Positions 57,236 through 64,000 of a stretch of 64,000 bases of DNA are shown here, in pieces. A program made the translations under genes and the position numbers. Under the pieces are notes generated by a model, which saw nothing but the letters and a program-made list of their open reading frames with translations, made no database searches and had not been told where the DNA came from. Source of the stretch: Octopus bimaculoides (lineage: Eukaryota); assembly GCF_001194135.2 (NCBI RefSeq), contig NC_068995.1:1247830-1311829 (forward strand). Reading direction: 5' to 3'. Numbering within the stretch: position 1 is the stretch's first letter; each line of letters begins with the position of its first letter.

Positions 57236-60200
57236 TAATAATAATAATGATAAAAATATAACAAGAATTGAAAAAGTGGGACTGGTTTCACAAAATCTTG
57301 TCAGTGAGTCTTTTGTTAATTAACATGCTGGATCATTATGAAATTAATTAATAATAATAGTTTGGCAGACTGGCACAAGGCCATAAGTTTGTTACAGTTG
57401 ATTGAATTGAGCTTTAGCACATGTTCGGTGTTTATATTTGTATCTTGTGTGTGTGTGTATGTATCTGTACTTATATATACATGTATACATTTATATACAC
57501 ATATATATATTCACACCTATATACATACATATAAAGAGAAAGCTACCTCATATCATCCAAAAAGAGAAACAAAGTTGGCAGCAAGAGGAATTAAACTCAA
57601 ACATGTCAAAAATGGTGAGTAAAGGTTATAGCATCATTGATGAAGATGGTGGAAAAGGGAAGAGACAACTGATTGGTGACATTGTTTGGGGTCAAAGATG
57701 TCCAATTCTTGTTTGTTTATTTATTCATTCAAAAATAAACACTCCTTTAGCAAGGTAATTATTTATAATTAAATTTCAGCTAAATTAACTACCCCCACCT
57801 NNNNNNNNNNNNNNNNNNNNNNNNNNNNNNNNNNNNNNNNNNNNNNNNNNNNNNNNNNNNNNNNNNNNNNNNNNNNNNNNNNNNNNNNNNNNNNNNNNNN
57901 NNNNNNNNNNNNNNNNNNNNNNNNNNNNNNNNNNNNNNNNNNNNNNNNNNNNNNNNNNNNNNNNNNNNNNNNNNNNNNNNNNNNNNNNNNNNNNNNNNNN
58001 NNNNNNNNNNNNNNNNNNNNNNNNNNNNNNNNNNNNNNNNNNNNNNNNNNNNNNNNNNNNNNNNNNNNNNNNNNNNNNNNNNNNNNNNNNNNNNNNNNNN
58101 NNNNNNNNNNNNNNNNNNNNNNNNNNNNNNNNNNNNNNNNNNNNNNNNNNNNNNNNNNNNNNNNNNNNNNNNNNNNNNNNNNNNNNNNNNNNNNNNNNNN
58201 NNNNNNNNNNNNNNNNNNNNNNNNNNNNNNNNNNNNNNNNNNNNNNNNNNNNNNNNNNNNNNNNNNNNNNNNNNNNNNNNNNNNNNNNNNNNNNNNNNNN
58301 NNNNNNNNNNNNNNNNNNNNNNNNNNNNNNNNNNNNNNNNNNNNNNNNNNNNNNNNNNNNNNNNNNNNNNNNNNNNNNNNNNNNNNNNNNNNNNNNNNNN
58401 NNNNNNNNNNNNNNNNNNNNNNNNNNNNNNNNNNNNNNNNNNNNNNNNNNNNNNNNNNNNNNNNNNNNNNNNNNNNNNNNNNNNNNNNNNNNNNNNNNNN
58501 NNNNNNNNNNNNNNNNNNNNNNNNNNNNNNNNNNNNNNNNNNNNNNNNNNNNNNNNNNNNNNNNNNNNNNNNNNNNNNNNNNNNNNNNNNNNNNNNNNNN
58601 NNNNNNNNNNCCCTGAAGCTGTCAAGAAAAGAAGGGAAGAGAATGATGTGGTGGGGGGAAACAAATGTCAGCACAAAAGGAAGACTCCAGCTGTGTGTGT
58701 GTGTGTGTGTGTGCGTGTGCGTGTGTGCATGATATTATGCAAAGCCCAAACCTTTTACAATGCAATATTTTACAATACAATGCTTGGACACACACACACA
58801 CAAGTTGCATTGTTTAAAATTGTTGTAAAATCCTATACACACACATCAAACATTCAAAAAGCTGATGTAGAATATAAAATTCATTTTACAAAGGTTGGCT
58901 GTCAACCACTTCTAAAATATATATATATATACACATGTGTATGTATGTACTAAACAGCTGATATAGAGTCAATGGTTTACTCTCTCACTGATATTCAAGT
59001 CCATTGCTGTTTCACAGCAGACCAGGATCTGAGCAGTGACAGAGTAAAACACACACTAGCTTTGTACAAGCACATGTATATAAACATATGAACACACACA
59101 CACACACGTAGAAAGATAGATAGATAGATAGATACAGACATACAATTGGCATGATAATTGCTTTTCTAAAAGAAAAGAAACTAAATGATGAAATGGTTAT
59201 GTAATGATAAAAAGGTGTTGTCTTGGAATGTCTTCAGCCAGCATCCATATTCCTGCTAGAATTACGATGGTTCTGTTTCTCTGCAGTCATCTAGTACCAA
59301 TATGTGGACAACTTTTAGGACACGAGTTGAGCTCAGCACCGGATTTTAGAAACAGAACAGAATGGGTGAAGGAGAATACACGTGTTAGAATTAAATACAT
59401 ATATGTACACATATATAAAAATTTATATGTGCACACACACATATGTGTGCATACATATACACACACACAAAATACATATATATTCATATACATGTATATA
59501 CATACACATGTGCATGCATATCATCATCATCATATATATGAATGTATATCCTCGACTTCATTCTGTTGTATTTATTAGTTTCTTCATTATGCAGTTTTGA
59601 TTGAATTTATTATTATTTAAAATTCCATTATTTTTGTTTTAAATTTGAAATCAGAAAAAATAATACATACTGTAAAAATTACAAAAAAAAAAAAAGAAAA
59701 AAAAAAGAGATAGCACAAAAAAAAAATATTGTAAATTAAAATTCAAGAACGATGAATGCAATTTCAGAACACAGCACTTGAAATATTAACGAGATTACAG
59801 GCTGAAGAGAAAACGATAATTAGAAAATTGAATGCATTATATTTTATGGTGAGTGTGTATATGTATGTGTATGTGTGTGTGTCTGCATGTAGGGGGAGGG
59901 GTTCCCTTTTCTGAGTGCTATTTATTTTCTTTTATTATTATTATTATTATTAATCATCAATTTTCCTTTAATCCATAAGAAAGATCAGTATTNNNNNNNN
60001 NNNNNNNNNNNNNNNNNNNNNNNNNNNNNNNNNNNNNNNNNNNNNNNNNNNNNNNNNNNNNNNNNNNNNNNNNNNNNNNNNNNNNNNNNNNNNNNNNNNN
60101 NNNNNNNNNNNNNNNNNNNNNNNNNNNNNNNNNNNNNNNNNNNNNNNNNNNNNNNNNNNNNNNNNNNNNNNNNNNNNNNNNNNNAGATTTTAAAAAATAA

Positions 60201-61384
60201 TTTTTTTCTCCATATTTTTTAAGAAAAGAGAAGGAAAAAAAGGAAAAGAGAGAAAAGACAAAATGTTTTGATGAGAGAAGAATGTATGACAATTTCAAAC
60301 ATGCATTTTTTTTGTATCACATTTAACAACTTCTACATGAAAGAGTGTGTGTGTGTGTGTGTGTGTGTATACACAAACATATATACATACATGCACACAA
60401 CAATGTTATACAATACAAAATACATACACATGTCCTCTATGTAGAACTACATGCGTATCTATTTTCATACATAATTTTATTCAACATACATATACATGTG
60501 TGTGTGTGTGTGTGTGTGTATACACAAAAAATAAAAAGAAAGCAAAAATAGCCACTGGCAATTTGTCAAGTTATGGGAGAAATTTATCAAGATATACACA
60601 TATGTATGTATATATATGTGTGTGTATATAGAGTAGGTAGGAGATAAAAAAAAAAGAAACCCTATGAATGAAAGAATATTATATGCAAAAGGTTGAGAGA
60701 AATACACAGACATACAAAGTAGGATTTGGAATGACATCTGAGTGGGGAGGGCCATATCAAGCAGGATTGGATAGAAATAAAGGAAGAGGAAGGAGGCAGA
60801 GAGTATTTGAGATAGGATTTCATTTTAGGAATTGGTTTTGGCTAAATGGGGACATGCAGATATGCCTGATGTGAGGTTTGTTAAGAAAGGTTTTATGAGA
60901 AAAAAAATGAACGGCAAAGAATGGTGGAATGGTGTGGATATTTTTCAGCAGAATATCATTTATAGATCATGGAAGACAGCAGTCTCTAGGGTGAGTGAAT
61001 GTGTGTGTGTAGATGAGGTGGCTCAAAATGACAACTACCGATAAGTGCAATACACAAAATAGTTGCCCCTTCAACCATTTATGTCGCATTACAGCCAAAC
61101 ATATATTTGTATATCTGTGCATATGTTATAATATGTGTACGTATATGTATTCATGTGTATAAAGGGTTCATTATGGTATGTATGTATATATAAAGTAAAT
61201 ATTTGGTTAAAAACCCCTTGTGCTTTTCCCATCCAAAAGAGTTTTTTTTAATCTAAAATTTAATTGCAAGTTCCTCTGATAAAGTTACTTGGAGTTTCTA
61301 AATTTTTACGATGTAAACAATATATATTCATGGGGAGTATTTGTACACATGTAGAGTATATGTGTGTCTGTGTGTGTGTGTGTG

Positions 61385-61427
<43 letters not shown>

Positions 61428-62260
61428 TTGTGTACACTCTATTATAAAAACTGCTCGAGCAACATGGCCAAACTCTATTTCGAAATCGTGGAATAAGTAC
61501 AAACAGCATGACAATGATGATGATGTTGATAATGAAGGTGATGGGGCTGATGCTGTCAGTAATGGTAAAAAGATGACAACAAAATGTTGAGAAGATCGAG
61601 CAAGGGCACAAAGTTGTGTTATGGCAAGAAAACTTATCTAAGTTCTGTGAAGTTGGTTCTTGGTGAGGGCATGGAATTGGCAAAACAATTCACACATAAA
61701 CACACACACACACTTGTTTTATGTCTATTTTCCATACAAGCATGGATTAGATGAATACATGTTACTGAATGACTAAAATACATGGTCTTAAATACACATG
61801 GGAATGCTTTCAAGCATAGATCAGTAGATCTTCACATCGGTAAATCCATATGTCTTCATAGAGACTACATGTATTTTCATACACACACACAATGTGTGCG
61901 TGCGTGTGTGTGTGTACGAATATATATAATCCGCCCCCCCACCACCACCATACACAGAATATTTCTATCCCTTAATTTCGAAGCTAGTTATGGGTGCATA
62001 AGTGTGCCTAGTACAAAACTCTAATACCATAGCAAGAGACAGAGACATGGAGATGGTGGCAGAGGTGATGATTGTAATAGTGATGATGATGATGATGATA
62101 GAGAGAGAGAGAGAGAGAGTGAAAACAACATACACCAAAGAGAACAAAGCTGAGTAGGAAAATGTGCATACAAACACATACACACACTTATGCATGTGTA
62201 TATATGTATATATACACACACACACATACATAAATATTTACACATACATAGAAACATGTG

Positions 62261-62300
<40 letters not shown>

Positions 62301-62581
62301 TATATATGTATGTATGTATACACACACACGTGTTATATTTAATCATGATTTAACTTAGCTCAAGATTACTTTAAGTTTTATGGGCATGTAGGACATGTCC
62401 ACCTTGTCAGATGTTCAGAGGCAGATTGGAGTCTATGAAAGAAATCCAATATGCATACAAACACCCACGTAAAACATACATGTACATTTAACTATGTATG
62501 TAGACATGTACATGTCTACATGTGTCAATGACAGACAAAATAAGATAGATCGACAGACATAAATATATATACATACATATA

Positions 62582-62618
<37 letters not shown>

Positions 62619-63774
62619 ACACACATATAAAAGATGTAGATTGGCATGAAAAATGTCCAAAAATAATGAATGATATAAATTGAAAACACCTTGTATATTT
62701 GAGGAGAGGGGGAAAAAAATATAAAGAAAAGCTGGGAAAGAAGAAAAAAAATTCATCAGTAATTTCGTGTCACATAATTAGATCTGAGCAAAATTTAAGG
62801 GTCAATTATAGGGGACAAGAAAGAAAAACCCATGAAGGGATAGTAACAAAAAAACAATTTTTTTCAGATTTTTTTTTGTTTTATAAATGACATAAAATAC
62901 ATCCATGCTAATAGTTGTTCATGGAATCAGATCATCCACTTTTATACACAAACATACATAGACAGACATATATGCGCACACACACATACATGTAAATGTA
63001 AACAAGACAAATGTTTATTTGAAAAAAATCTTAAATGCGTAAAATATTTCCACCGGATAATTAAAACTGATTTAATGAATTGCCTTCAAAAGGTGGATTT
63101 TGAAAATTATACATCCACACACACACACACACACACATCTGAGTAAGTATATATGCTGGAGTACATACAGATTTTTACATTTATATAAACACACACACAC
63201 ATATATCCTTTTGGGGGGAACACTGCATCTTGAAGCATATCACCTAAAGCTGTAAATATTAGGTTGAATACACGTTATTATTTATAACAATGTGATGTGC
63301 TTCGAGATCCAAAGTTCTCTGAAAAGTTGATACAAGTCTTATGACATACACACACACACGCACCAAATTAAAACCCCTTCCTCAAAATTTGCATATATAG
63401 AAATAGTTAAGATTATTATTAACAATACTTTGGCGTCCAGCTTAACCTGAAAACCAAGCAAACATTCTTCTTAACAAACCCTATTACTTAATTAAAGAAA
63501 TTACTTCAGAACTGCATTCATGTTAATTGCCAAAAAGTTTACTCCCTTTATTATCATAATTTATTCAATTCCCTAAAGGTGACAGATAAGCAGAATCGGT
63601 AGAGTGTCGTACAAAACAGACTGTGGTATTTGTTCTGAGATCAAATCAAGTCTTGGCTGACTTTATCCTTTCAAAGGTCAATGAAATACGACACCACTCA
63701 AATAATAGGGGGGGGGGGTGTTTATTAATTAAGCCTCTTTTCTTAAAATTGCTGATCTTCAACCGAAATCAGAA

Positions 63775-63802
<28 letters not shown>

Positions 63803-63806
<4 letters not shown>

Positions 63807-64000
63807 GGTGGTGAGCTGTGAGAATTGTTAGCACATCTGATAAAATTCTCAAAAGTTTTTCTTCTGACACTCTACGTTCTAAGTTCAACTTTGCCTTCCA
63901 TCCATTTGGGAACAATAAAATCAAGGACCAGTCAATAACTGGGGCCAATGGTATTGAATGATCTCCTTTCCAAAATCTCAGGCCATGGACCTATCAGAGA
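63803..64000 (+). mobile_element. SINE family A (runs off the window end)
   Basis: aaggtggtgagctgtgagaattgttagcac...ctacgttctaagttcaactttgccttccatcc. Confidence 0.65.

Overview
AT-rich animal genomic DNA with many microsatellites and seven N gaps. The repeat landscape suggests a cephalopod, probably an Octopus draft scaffold (inference). I rebuilt three spliced protein-coding genes by hand, and every called intron is GT-AG with consistent phase. (1) KLHL12 on the minus strand, CDS 24119->16073; one expected 107-nt exon is missing and probably sits in the N gap at 18935-19227. (2) Tafazzin (TAZ) on the minus strand, CDS 39884->32703, 8 exons, 262 aa. (3) DNA polymerase kappa (POLK) on the plus strand, CDS 41906->52822, 11 exons, 1339 aa, head-to-head with TAZ. 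The rest is tRNA-derived SINEs, decayed RTE-type LINE fragments and simple repeats. The Pol kappa is the most unusual element. It is about 470 aa longer than the human enzyme and carries a ten-copy 17-aa (51-bp) coding tandem repeat between its two UBZ zinc fingers. It also has a Cys-rich insert in the catalytic core, Phe at the steric gate, an extra PIP-like motif and no usable FF (REV1-binding) motif. Weaker leads: a possible micro-exon chain of an unidentified gene in the first 6 kb, a 13-mer containing an E2F consensus shared by two promoters, paired PAR-bZIP palindromes upstream of TAZ, and a short retroposon insertion with a perfect 31-bp target-site duplication. All homology calls come from remembered sequences, not database searches.
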